Origin: a virus
Taxonomy: Duplodnaviria; Caudoviricetes
IMG/VR virus record: IMGVR_UViG_3300032562_000025
Span: 1 to 58,503 of that record
DNA length: 58,503 nucleotides
Direction: 5' to 3' (one strand)
Position numbers and translations under genes: made by a program. The notes below the pieces were generated by a model. It searched no databases. It was not told the DNA's origin and saw only the letters and a list, made by a program, of their open reading frames with translations. Shown piece after piece: positions 26,206 to 35,792 of the stretch. Every line of letters starts with the position of its first letter. The stretch's first letter is position 1.

Positions 26206-28482
26206 ATGGAACGTAAAACAACTGATGTTTCAAATTATGTAAGGACATCAAATTTCAATCCACCTTCGGGTGGTTCTTCCTTATCATCAACCGCTGAAAC
26301 TCCAAATTTGACCATAATAAGTGCTCGTGGTTCGATTTTGGAAGGCCAATTGTGGCAACAACGTCTTGCAAATTTGCAAATGTTCAGGAATCAAGCCCGT
26401 CTTCAGCAATCATTAAACCGGATGGAGATGGCAATTGATGAAGATTTTTATGATTCAATTCAACTTGATATCAATGACATTGCAATCTTACAAGAACGTA
26501 AACAACCAATCTTAACATTTAATGTAATTAAGGATACAATTAATTGGCTCCTCGGAACGGAAAAAAAGTTGCGTGTTGATTTTTCAATTGTCTCAAAACA
26601 TAAGGGAGATGAGAAGGAAGCCAAGATTAAATCAGAAATTTTCAAGTTTGATTCGGACATCAACCACGCTGAATATGTTGTATCCAATGCCTTCGCATCA
26701 TCCGTTAAGGCAGGTGTTGGTTGGGTTGAAGCTGGAGCCCAAAACAATAATGATTCTCCAATTTTCATAAGGAATGAGAAATGGAGAAATGTCTGGTTTG
26801 ATCATTTGTCAACGGGCTTAATGCGAAGAATGTCAAGGTTCGTGATAAGGGAAAAGTGGGTCGATTTAGATGTTGCTCAGGTATTATTTGAGGATAGGAA
26901 GGAAGATCTTAAGGTAATGAGTCAGCATGTAAATTCCATTTATCCCTTCAATCCTGATGATATGGTTTTAAGTGATCCTGCTTCGGAGTTTGATGTTGAA
27001 GGACAAATGGATTCGATGTTCTCACCAAGGGGTGAGGTATTAAGGGAACGGGTTAAAATCGTTGAGTGTCAATATCGTATGCCTGCGAAGGTTCAACTTT
27101 TAAGGATGGTAGATAAATCAATCCCTTGGGGATCATTGGAAGGGTCAATTTATCGGAAGGGAAATCAAGATCAGGATTATTTGGTTAAGAATGGATATTT
27201 TGAGACGTTTGAAGTAATGCGAATGATCGTCCGTCATGCTTATTGGTGTGGACGGATTTATCTTAAGGACGTTTTAAGCCCATATAACCATTGGGAATTT
27301 TCATTAATTCCAATCTGGTGTTATGTTCGTGAGCGGGATAATATGCCTTATGGGGTAATTCGTGACCTTCGTGACCCACAAATTGACTTAAATAAGCGTA
27401 AAAGTAAGGCATTATTTTTGATGTCAGCCAATCAAATTCATGCTGAAAAGGGTGCATTTGATGATAAGATGGATGCAATTATTGAAGCTAATCGAGCTGA
27501 TGGTTTCCTTGAGTATAACGTGGGGAAGAAATTTGAAATTGTAAGAAATGCCGATCTTGGAGCAGCTCATTTAAGCATGGCCCATGATGATGAGCGTTTC
27601 ATTCGTTCGATTGCTGGCCATGTTGATCCTCAGGTTGCAGAATCGAAGAAGGATATTTCGGGGAAGGCATTAACTTCCCTTAAGGAAGGAACACAATTAA
27701 CAAGTGGAGTTTTATTTGACAATTATTATTTCGGTCTTCAATTAATTGGTGAGATTCGCTTAACATTGATTGAGCAATTCCGTGATGCTGAGGAAGAAAT
27801 AATGGTTGGGCAGGGCACGAATAAGGAAAGGTATGAAGCAATAAACCAACCACAAGAAGATGGTTCAATTTTGAATCCAATTACAAAGGCAAAATCACGT
27901 TTTGTAATCGCAAAAAGGGATTATCGTGAATCCGTTCGTGCTTCAATGTTGGAAACATTAACTGAAATAACAATGTATTTAACAAAGACCGCACCTCAAG
28001 TTGCAATTGCAATGTTAGACTTGGTCGTGGAATTTATGGACGATCTTGGTCCAATGAAAAGTGACTTAGTCGATCGTATTCGTAAGATAAATAAACAACA
28101 TCCACCAAAATCGGAAATGACTGAAGAGGAATTGAAGAAAGCAATTGAAGTTGATGAAGCTGAAATGAAAAAGAAACAAGCAATGGAACAAATTCAGTTT
28201 ATGATGGAACAGGCGAAGTTAAAATCTATGCAGGCAAAGGGAAATTCTGATGATTCGAAGGCAATTAAGGCAAAAATTGATGGGGTTGTTCGGGAATTGG
28301 AAGGTTACATGGCTGCATTGGAAGTTGCTGAAACAATTCAGCTCAACCCATCGGTCGCTGAAGCTGCTGACATGGTTATTAAGGAATCTAAAAGGGTAAT
28401 TTTGCCTGAAGGAAATGGGCAACAAAATCAGCAAAATCAAGGAAGACAAATTAATCCTGAGCAAAATCAAGGAGGTTTATAA
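26206..28482 (+). CDS. Portal protein (P22-like podoviral type)
   Basis: DEDFYD..Q, FNVIKDTINWLLG, KAGVGW, PYGVIRDLRDPQ..LNKR, SGKAL, coiled-coil C-terminus. Confidence 0.88.
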   Translation: MERKTTDVSNYVRTSNFNPPSGGSSLSSTAETPNLTIISARGSILEGQLWQQRLANLQMFRNQARLQQSLNRMEMAIDEDFYDSIQLDINDIAILQERKQPILTFNVIKDTINWLLGTEKKLRVDFSIVSKHKGDEKEAKIKSEIFKFDSDINHAEYVVSNAFASSVKAGVGWVEAGAQNNNDSPIFIRNEKWRNVWFDHLSTGLMRRMSRFVIREKWVDLDVAQVLFEDRKEDLKVMSQHVNSIYPFNPDDMVLSDPASEFDVEGQMDSMFSPRGEVLRERVKIVECQYRMPAKVQLLRMVDKSIPWGSLEGSIYRKGNQDQDYLVKNGYFETFEVMRMIVRHAYWCGRIYLKDVLSPYNHWEFSLIPIWCYVRERDNMPYGVIRDLRDPQIDLNKRKSKALFLMSANQIHAEKGAFDDKMDAIIEANRADGFLEYNVGKKFEIVRNADLGAAHLSMAHDDERFIRSIAGHVDPQVAESKKDISGKALTSLKEGTQLTSGVLFDNYYFGLQLIGEIRLTLIEQFRDAEEEIMVGQGTNKERYEAINQPQEDGSILNPITKAKSRFVIAKRDYRESVRASMLETLTEITMYLTKTAPQVAIAMLDLVVEFMDDLGPMKSDLVDRIRKINKQHPPKSEMTEEELKKAIEVDEAEMKKKQAMEQIQFMMEQAKLKSMQAKGNSDDSKAIKAKIDGVVRELEGYMAALEVAETIQLNPSVAEAADMVIKESKRVILPEGNGQQNQQNQGRQINPEQNQGGL

Positions 28483-28877
28483 TGAGTGTAGGTGATCTGA
28501 CTAAATTACCAACAGCGGGCATTCAAGCAGTTGGTCATGTGACAAGTGTAACTGGGACTTCAACCACAATGTATCTTGGATATGACAATGGAAAGGTAAA
28601 AACCTTAACAACATCTGGTGTTGTTGCTGATTTGACTACAAAAGTTATCCTTCCAGGTAAAATTGTTTCACTTGTTTATACTGGACTAACTGCCATTTTA
28701 TGTGCAATAACTGCCGATGGTAAGATTTATAAGATTACATCACTTGGTGTTGTTACGTTACTTAAAAATTTGAATATGGGAGTTTGTGGAGCTTATTATG
28801 TCTCCAATTATTTGTACATTGTCCTGGACTCAATGCAGCAGGAAAAAAGTAATTTACTTAAACTTCAATTGGCATAA
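28482..28877 (+). CDS. Small beta-propeller-blade-like protein
   Basis: MYLGYDNGKV and LCAITADGKIY repeats. Confidence 0.55.
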   Translation: MSVGDLTKLPTAGIQAVGHVTSVTGTSTTMYLGYDNGKVKTLTTSGVVADLTTKVILPGKIVSLVYTGLTAILCAITADGKIYKITSLGVVTLLKNLNMGVCGAYYVSNYLYIVLDSMQQEKSNLLKLQLA

Positions 28878-28886
28878 GGTGGTATT

Positions 28887-29423
28887 ATGAGCTTAACTCA
28901 CTTAACATATATCGGTGAAACGGCTGCAGCTATTATCAGTCATGGTGCAGTAACTTATATAGGAACCTTGAAAGGTAATATATTAAGGATGAATAATGTT
29001 ACTAAAGTGCTAACCAATATTGGTAAAGTACAGGGTGAGATAAGATCATTATCCATTAATTATCCTTTATTATACATAACGGATAATGAAGGTAATATTA
29101 CCACTTACACAATATCCTCATCTGATGATCCGTCCACTTCATACGGTACTGCAGTTATTGATTTTGGAGCTACATTAACAGATGAAGCTACACTGGTAAT
29201 TACAAATATGCCAGCAATGAAAACGACTTCACGTATTATAGTGTTTATTGAGGAAGATGATACAACATCAGATAATAACGCAGAAGCACATAAAAGTCTT
29301 GCTTCATTCTCAACTTGTCATGCAACGAGTAGAGTAGCTGGAGTTGGGTTTACAGCAGCAGTAAGGCTTTGGAATGGATATGCAAGTGGTACGTTTAAAA
29401 TCAATTATATTTATGGAGAATAG
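28887..29423 (+). CDS. Virion-associated protein with propeller-like N-terminus
   Basis: TYIGTLKGNI and LYITDNEGNI resemble the upstream gene. Beta-rich C-terminal domain. Confidence 0.55.
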   Translation: MSLTHLTYIGETAAAIISHGAVTYIGTLKGNILRMNNVTKVLTNIGKVQGEIRSLSINYPLLYITDNEGNITTYTISSSDDPSTSYGTAVIDFGATLTDEATLVITNMPAMKTTSRIIVFIEEDDTTSDNNAEAHKSLASFSTCHATSRVAGVGFTAAVRLWNGYASGTFKINYIYGE

Positions 29424-29434
29424 GGAGGCTTAAA

Positions 29435-30943
29435 ATGAGTTACGGGCAGAAGATAGTAGGGAGCACATCAGGAAATATAGCTGAAGTTGATGTTAATAAA
29501 AACCTTAATGTGGTAAATCCAAGTACGTCAATTAAGTCAGGTTTTGTTGTTGGTGCAGGTGAGCATGATGCAGGTACACTTCTTGGTACACGCTCAACAA
29601 TTGAAGCGGACTATTCAAGGGATTACCGTGCAAGAGTAGCAGTGGATAATATTTTGTTTAATGAATGGTTTTCAGGCACGACAATTAATACTTCAAAATG
29701 GGCAACGCCAAGTGCAACTGCAACGGTGGCTCAGGCAGCTGGATTGTTGACACTGAATTCAGCTGCTTCATTGGTTTCAGGGCAAGGATGTATTGTAAAG
29801 TCATGGCGAACATTTCCAATTTTTGGTGCATCTGGAATGTATTTTGAAATGAGAGCATCATTGTATTCTGATTCAACACTTTTCAATAACAATACATCTG
29901 AATGGGGTGCAGCAATTACTGCAAATACAGTAGCAACTGCTCCTACTGATGGTATTTACTTCAGATATACAATTGCTGGATTGTATGCGGTGGTTATGAG
30001 TAACTCAGTTGAAGTTTATGCATCACTTTTATCAACAGGATTACTTACAACGTGGCCAACTTTTGACATTACCAAGATTCACCATTATACTATTTACGTT
30101 TCTGAAGATGAGGTTGAATTCTGGATTGATGATAAGTTGGTATATGTTGTTGATCTCCACAATACCAATGTGCCAACTCCAATATCATCTATGCAATTAT
30201 GTGTATATGCAAGATGTATTAATACAGGTACGAATACACTTACTGCGCAAAAAGTCAACATTGCAAGTGTTAATGTGTCAAGTGCAGATATGGAAACAGC
30301 AAAGCCTTGGGCACATAAGATGGCCGGCATGCATGAATCAGTACAATGTATGCCTACTGGTGGTACAACTGGAAAATCATGTACGGCATATACTCAGACT
30401 GCAATGCCAACAGCAGGGACAACAATTTTAGCAACTGCCCTTGGAACAAATGCAGTAGCAGGAATCGGTGGATTTCAACACTTTGCAGGTGCTACTGGTT
30501 TATCCCTAACTGCAGATACAGCATATCAGATATTCTCAACATTAATCCCTGCTCCTACAGTTGCAGAAGCAAAAGGGTTAATGATATGTGGTATTGATAT
30601 TACTTTAATTTCAAGAGTAGCTGTCGGTGTAAATGCCACTGTTGTACCATTTGTCATGGAACTTTGTTTTGGCTGTACTAATGCTGATCCTGCAACGGCA
30701 GAAGCAATAACAACAAATACCACTCCAGTTAAGGGTGTAAGAAAACAGATCATTGGTATGGGTTCGTTATCAATTAATACTGCTGTAGGCACAACAGTAT
30801 CAATGACTTGGCATCCTCAAGTACCAGTATATTGTGAAGCAGGTACATATGTTACAATAACATTCAGACCTGCAATAACATATAGTACTGGCCCTACACA
30901 AGATTATTTATTTGCGTGTGCTGTTGACGGATATTGGGAGTAA
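29435..30943 (+). CDS. Beta-rich structural protein with ConA/LamG-like domain
   Basis: FSGTTINTSKW, DGIYFRY, HHYTIYVSEDEVEFWIDDKLV. T/A/G-rich. Confidence 0.6.
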   Translation: MSYGQKIVGSTSGNIAEVDVNKNLNVVNPSTSIKSGFVVGAGEHDAGTLLGTRSTIEADYSRDYRARVAVDNILFNEWFSGTTINTSKWATPSATATVAQAAGLLTLNSAASLVSGQGCIVKSWRTFPIFGASGMYFEMRASLYSDSTLFNNNTSEWGAAITANTVATAPTDGIYFRYTIAGLYAVVMSNSVEVYASLLSTGLLTTWPTFDITKIHHYTIYVSEDEVEFWIDDKLVYVVDLHNTNVPTPISSMQLCVYARCINTGTNTLTAQKVNIASVNVSSADMETAKPWAHKMAGMHESVQCMPTGGTTGKSCTAYTQTAMPTAGTTILATALGTNAVAGIGGFQHFAGATGLSLTADTAYQIFSTLIPAPTVAEAKGLMICGIDITLISRVAVGVNATVVPFVMELCFGCTNADPATAEAITTNTTPVKGVRKQIIGMGSLSINTAVGTTVSMTWHPQVPVYCEAGTYVTITFRPAITYSTGPTQDYLFACAVDGYWE

Positions 30944-30944
30944 A

Positions 30945-32537
30945 ATGTTAGAATTAATTACGCTTGGTATAATTGTAATTGTCCTTCCCTTACTGAAAAC
31001 CAATATCAGTTTGGGAGGGGCATTTAAAATGAAGGAAAATGTCTTCATAGTTATATCCATAGCGTACCTTTGTTATGCAATGATATTCAGGGGAGTACCC
31101 AATTCTCCCCTGATATATCTTGTTTGCTTTATAACAATGTCAGCAATGTGGTCAACAAATATACATCAATCTTGGCAAGATATTGCAAAGTGGTGGGGAT
31201 TGTATGGCTTATTTGTATTGGTATCATTCTTACCAATGAATACAGTATTAATGATATCAATGATACCAATTCCATTTATGCTTATTTGGGGGTTCATGCA
31301 GAAATTTGGTCTTGAGCCATTTGATAAACTTATGCAATTTATTACCAGTGATTCTTACAAATCAAAATCTTCAATGTTTAATACCTCAATGGGAAATGTA
31401 AGTTATGCAGCTGCTTTTCTTGCACCATATATCTTCATATCAATTTACCTTGGAGTAAATGTATCACAGTGGTTCTTCTTAATTACACCATTCATTGTAG
31501 TGGGAATCATCATTTCGAAGTGTTATTCAGCAATGGTAGGAATTCTTGCAGGATTATGTGTGATGTTTCCATTATTACTTATCCCATTAGTTGTTAGTGT
31601 TTTTGTTCTTGTATATCTTAGAACGTTTTATAGAACAGTATATGATAAATGGGTAGGGAAGAAGGAATACAATTTATTATCAAGGACATATTTTTGGAAG
31701 ATTGCTTTTAATCTATGGCTTAAAAAACCATTGTTTGGCTGGGGAATAAAGACATATCAAAAAGAACAGTTTGTAATGGCACCAAAAATAAATATGACTA
31801 TTTCACGTTTTCCCTTACGTGTTCATAATGATTATATGGAAATGCTTTGTGAGTGTGGACTTATCGGCTTGGTATTGATGGTGTACTTCATTGTTTCGAT
31901 CATTTATCCTGCACTTCAATCAGGTAATTATATTTTACTTGGAGGTATCATATGTTTACTCGTGCATGGAATATTTTTATACACTTTGTCGATATTTTCA
32001 TATGTACCATATATAATTCTGGCCTCTTGTCTTTCAAGTCAGACGATGGAACATATGCAATTACCTCTAATGGTAGCTTTAATATGTTCAGTTGGTTTAA
32101 TAAAAATGGTAATAAATTATGTGATAAAGATACAAATGTCTCATTACTGGACCGCAAAGTTTGAATCTTCAACGAATGCTGGAGATAAATGTGAATATGC
32201 TAAAAAGGCATTAGAAATGACTCCATATGAAGGGACAGTACTTACAAATAGTACACTAACACAAGGACTGATAAGTGCTGAATTAGCAATACCATACCTG
32301 GAAAAATCAATTTATTTCTTTGATGGAACAATGAATCTTGCTGAATTATGGTTGACATATGGAAATACACAAAGGTTGATCGGTGATTATGAAGGAGCGA
32401 AGAAATCATTAAATTATGCTTTGTATTTAAACTCAGATTTAAGTCAAGCAAATTTTATCTTGAGTATGATAAATAAAGCAGAACGAAATTTTAACGGTGG
32501 CGTAAAAATTACGTTACCTCCAAATATGAATAAATAA
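30945..32537 (+). CDS. O-antigen ligase / O-oligosaccharyltransferase (Wzy_C) family membrane protein with C-terminal TPR
   Basis: About 12 TM segments, SMGNVSYAAAFL, RTYFWKIAFNLWLKKPLFGWG, RVHNDYMEMLCECGLIG, TPR-like LWLTYGNTQRLIGDYEGAKKSLNYALYLN. Confidence 0.85.
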   Translation: MLELITLGIIVIVLPLLKTNISLGGAFKMKENVFIVISIAYLCYAMIFRGVPNSPLIYLVCFITMSAMWSTNIHQSWQDIAKWWGLYGLFVLVSFLPMNTVLMISMIPIPFMLIWGFMQKFGLEPFDKLMQFITSDSYKSKSSMFNTSMGNVSYAAAFLAPYIFISIYLGVNVSQWFFLITPFIVVGIIISKCYSAMVGILAGLCVMFPLLLIPLVVSVFVLVYLRTFYRTVYDKWVGKKEYNLLSRTYFWKIAFNLWLKKPLFGWGIKTYQKEQFVMAPKINMTISRFPLRVHNDYMEMLCECGLIGLVLMVYFIVSIIYPALQSGNYILLGGIICLLVHGIFLYTLSIFSYVPYIILASCLSSQTMEHMQLPLMVALICSVGLIKMVINYVIKIQMSHYWTAKFESSTNAGDKCEYAKKALEMTPYEGTVLTNSTLTQGLISAELAIPYLEKSIYFFDGTMNLAELWLTYGNTQRLIGDYEGAKKSLNYALYLNSDLSQANFILSMINKAERNFNGGVKITLPPNMNK

Positions 32538-32548
32538 GGAGGTTTGAA

Positions 32549-33616
32549 ATGGAACCAAAAGAGGATAAAAAGGAAATAATTGAGGATGAAATTAAGGCTC
32601 CAGAAATAACGAACGGGGATATTGCACCTGAAGGATATACTCAATCTGAATGGGATCGTTTATCCAGTGGAGATAAAGAAGGGATTTTAGATTTACTTAA
32701 AAATCCTGACCTTAATGAGGATGAAGATGAAATTGTAGTTGAGGGTGAAATCAAATCGGAAGTTAAGGTTGATGAAGAAGTTAAACCTGAAGTTGTAATT
32801 GAGCCGGTTATTGAACCAATAATTGAAGTTAAAAAGGAAGAAGTTGAAGTTTCAGATATGGACTTGGTTTCATTCAGACCATCGGTGACAAGTAAGGATT
32901 TGGAATCATGGTTGGCAAATCAACCTGAAGATGTTAAAAATAAGTACATTGTTAATGTTCCTTCAGATATGGTTAATGCACATAATTCGGCATTAAGTGA
33001 ATTGAGGACAAAGTTCGATGCTGATGAAATTTCCAGGGATGAATATGAAGATCAGCGAGATGAAATTAAAGAAAAGTTAGCTGAGTATAAAATCGTTGAA
33101 AGGGAACGTTTGCGAGATGCACTTAAGGATGAGGTTACTTGGGACAGGGAACAAGCTGCATTTATGGGTGCAAGGAAGGAATATGTTGGGGAAGTCCAAA
33201 CTGATGGGACAATTAAGAAAACATCGAGAAGTACATTGTTACTTGGTGCATTACAAGCAGCAATTAAGGAAGTTGAGGCCACAACCCCAGGGTTGCCAGG
33301 AATACAATTATTGGTTAAGGCTGACAAAATTGTTAAGGATGCATTTGGATTGAATAAAAAGGTTGAGGAAATTAAGAAAGTTGAGGAAAAAAAGGAGGAA
33401 AAGAAAACTCCAGCAGAAATACTTAAAGAAAAAGGAATTTCGAAGTTACCGGATGAAGCAAATTTGGGGGATGTGCCTGAAGCAGGGAAAAATTTAACAG
33501 AAGATGGATGGGGTGCAATTGATCGCTTACCTGATAAGAAAAGGGAAGAATGGCTTGCTAAGCAACCACAAAAAGTTGTTGATGCTTATGTTAATTCATT
33601 GGCAAGTGGGCGGTAA
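32549..33616 (+). CDS. Capsid scaffolding protein
   Basis: Acidic, helical, E/K-rich, located before the MCP. Confidence 0.7.
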   Translation: MEPKEDKKEIIEDEIKAPEITNGDIAPEGYTQSEWDRLSSGDKEGILDLLKNPDLNEDEDEIVVEGEIKSEVKVDEEVKPEVVIEPVIEPIIEVKKEEVEVSDMDLVSFRPSVTSKDLESWLANQPEDVKNKYIVNVPSDMVNAHNSALSELRTKFDADEISRDEYEDQRDEIKEKLAEYKIVERERLRDALKDEVTWDREQAAFMGARKEYVGEVQTDGTIKKTSRSTLLLGALQAAIKEVEATTPGLPGIQLLVKADKIVKDAFGLNKKVEEIKKVEEKKEEKKTPAEILKEKGISKLPDEANLGDVPEAGKNLTEDGWGAIDRLPDKKREEWLAKQPQKVVDAYVNSLASGR

Positions 33617-33619
33617 GTT

Positions 33620-33817
33620 ATGGCACTTAAAAAAGAAATTTCAGTTGGAGATGAATTGGATTTCGATTTGTCTCACCAATCGGGCTTAACTAATGTTAAG
33701 ATACGTTTAACGGAAGTTGTAGGAAGACGAGCAATCTTGGTCATAATGGCGAATAAGGAGTCAGTACCAATTCGTCATACAAAGTGTAATCATTATAAAA
33801 AAGAGAGTATAGGATGA
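33620..33817 (+). CDS. CsrA-fold-like small protein
   Basis: MALKKEISVGDEL...VKIRLTEVVGRRAILVIMANKESVPIRH parallels the CsrA beta pattern. Confidence 0.5.
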   Translation: MALKKEISVGDELDFDLSHQSGLTNVKIRLTEVVGRRAILVIMANKESVPIRHTKCNHYKKESIG

Positions 33818-33981
33818 GGATAATTAAATCAACTAATGGATTTGATATTCAAGTTGACAATGAAGCAGTAGCTAAATTATATGGTAGTAACGCTGTACTT
33901 AATAAAATTGCAGTATGTGAAAAACATGAGGTTTCTCACTTGGATGTAGAACAAAATAAAAAATATGCCAGGATGGTTTAA
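33814..33981 (+). pseudogene. Possible internally deleted HNH-AP2 endonuclease remnant (55 aa)
   Basis: MRIIKSTNGFDIQVD joined directly to NEAVAKLYGSNAVLN, resembling the two termini of HNH-AP2 proteins. Confidence 0.4.
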
Positions 33982-33995
33982 AATGGAGGCACCAA

Positions 33996-35108
33996 GTGGG
34001 ACAAACCATGGTTGGATTAAATGATGCCAAAGCCGTCAAACGGTTTAGTTCAAGCCTTACGGTTGATGCAGCAAGAAAAGGTCAGTGGACTTCGAAGTGG
34101 ATGGGTGGAGGCCCAACTGCAACACAGCCGATTTATTCAGTACCTGATCTGGAAAATCAACGTGGGGAGCAGGTTTCGTTTGATATTTCAATGCAGCTTA
34201 ATTCACAGCCAATTGAAGGTGATGATGAGGCTCGTGGTAAAGGTGAGAAACTATTTTTCTACTCTCAGGTTGTTTATATTGATCAGGAGAGGGAAGTTGT
34301 TTCTACTGGTGGTCGAATGACTCAGAAACGTACACTTCATGATTTGAGACAGGTGGCACGCTCAAGGACGGCAGATTTATGGGGCCGTGTTTTTGACCAG
34401 ATAATTTTCATTTATTTAAGTGGAGCTCGTGGAGTAAATTCGGATTACGTCTTCCCGACGACATGGACAGGAAGGGCGAATAACTCATTAAGTGCACCTG
34501 ATTCAAATCATATCGTTTTTGGTGGAGTTGCTACTGTTAAAGGTGATATGACAGTTACGGATACAATGACCACACTTCCTATTGATAAAGCAGTTGCATA
34601 TGCAAAAATGATGGGTGGTGGAGGGCCGGCTTATTCTGAGGTTCCTCAGATTCAGCCAATTAATGAGTCAGGGGAAGAAGTATTCCTTATGGTAATGAAT
34701 CCTTGGCAGGAATTCAATTTGAGAAGGAATACAACGTCTATGGACTGGGCAGACATTCAGAAACAGATTGCAATGTCTTCAGGGAAAAATTCTGAATTTA
34801 TGAAAGGTGGCCTTGGTATGTGGAATAAGGTTGTCCTTCAGGTACACCAGAATTGTATTCAGTTCAGTGATTATGGTACAGGAAGTGATGTTGCAGCAGT
34901 TCGAGCATTGTTTTGTGGTATTCAGGCTGGAACAATTGCTCAGGGTCAGGGTGGTGGAGCAATGACTTATGGCTGGTTTGAAGAAGCTTATGATGGTGGA
35001 AATCAGCTTGATATTTATACGGATACAAAGTGGGGTTTTGTTAAGACAAATTTCAATGGCAACGATTTTGGAGTTATCGCCATTGATACTGCGGCTGCAA
35101 AACCGTAA
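33996..35108 (+). CDS. Major capsid protein, N4-gp56/DUF4043-like
   Basis: MGQTMVGLNDAKAVKRFS, GGRMTQKRTLHDLR, YLSGARGVN, FNGNDFGVIAIDTAA. GTG start with RBS GGAGG. Confidence 0.9.
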   Translation: MGQTMVGLNDAKAVKRFSSSLTVDAARKGQWTSKWMGGGPTATQPIYSVPDLENQRGEQVSFDISMQLNSQPIEGDDEARGKGEKLFFYSQVVYIDQEREVVSTGGRMTQKRTLHDLRQVARSRTADLWGRVFDQIIFIYLSGARGVNSDYVFPTTWTGRANNSLSAPDSNHIVFGGVATVKGDMTVTDTMTTLPIDKAVAYAKMMGGGGPAYSEVPQIQPINESGEEVFLMVMNPWQEFNLRRNTTSMDWADIQKQIAMSSGKNSEFMKGGLGMWNKVVLQVHQNCIQFSDYGTGSDVAAVRALFCGIQAGTIAQGQGGGAMTYGWFEEAYDGGNQLDIYTDTKWGFVKTNFNGNDFGVIAIDTAAAKP

Positions 35109-35136
35109 GAAGTAAAATAAATAAGGAGGTCAAGTC

Positions 35137-35688
35137 ATGACTAATACGCTTAAAATAGCTACTGATCTGTATTCCAAACCTGCCCTTAATGCGTTAGGTG
35201 GGGCAAGAGTATCATATCGGAAAGTTACATTACTTACTACCGATTTGATTACTACACAGATTTATGCCCTTAATATTCTTCCAGCTGGCCATCGGTTGGT
35301 AGATGCTTTTATTGAATCAAAAACACTTGATTCTAATACAAGTAAAACAATTTGTTTGAGTGTTGGTGTATTGAACACTTATTTTGGTGATCCTGCTGCA
35401 ACTGCGGCAGTACCTGCTGCTTATTCAAGTGGTGGAGCAACTGCAACTGATGTTGATCCTCAGTTGGTAAGTGGGCAGAATATAATCACTGCTTCAGTTG
35501 TTGGTCAGGGTGGTGGTCGTGTTCGTGCTGGTATTTCAACATCTTCATACTCATTGACTCCTTCAAATGATATTGGAGTTGATAAAATTAAGGATAGAAT
35601 TATTGCAATGCAGGTTACTTATCTTCCTGCAACTGCAGTCGGTGGTGTTTTTGTAACTGGTCTTGTTGTTGAAAGGGATCAGGAGTAA
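35137..35688 (+). CDS. Capsid-associated (cement/decoration) protein
   Basis: Follows the MCP with a strong RBS. LPAGHRLVDAFIESKTLDSN motif. Followed by a terminator. Confidence 0.6.
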   Translation: MTNTLKIATDLYSKPALNALGGARVSYRKVTLLTTDLITTQIYALNILPAGHRLVDAFIESKTLDSNTSKTICLSVGVLNTYFGDPAATAAVPAAYSSGGATATDVDPQLVSGQNIITASVVGQGGGRVRAGISTSSYSLTPSNDIGVDKIKDRIIAMQVTYLPATAVGGVFVTGLVVERDQE

Positions 35689-35707
35689 TTAAAGAATGTT
35701 TGTAAAT

Positions 35708-35762
35708 TGCAAAATGGGGCAGATGACGGACGTAAAATTTACGTTACCTGCCTCATTTTGCA
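35708..35762 (+). terminator. Terminator-like hairpin with a CGTAA-N3-TTACG site in its loop
   Basis: tgcaaaatggggcag pairs with ctgcctcattttgca. Motif core at 35731-35743. Confidence 0.65.
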
Positions 35763-35792
35763 TAATCATAAAAGGAGTGAAGGAGGTTCACA

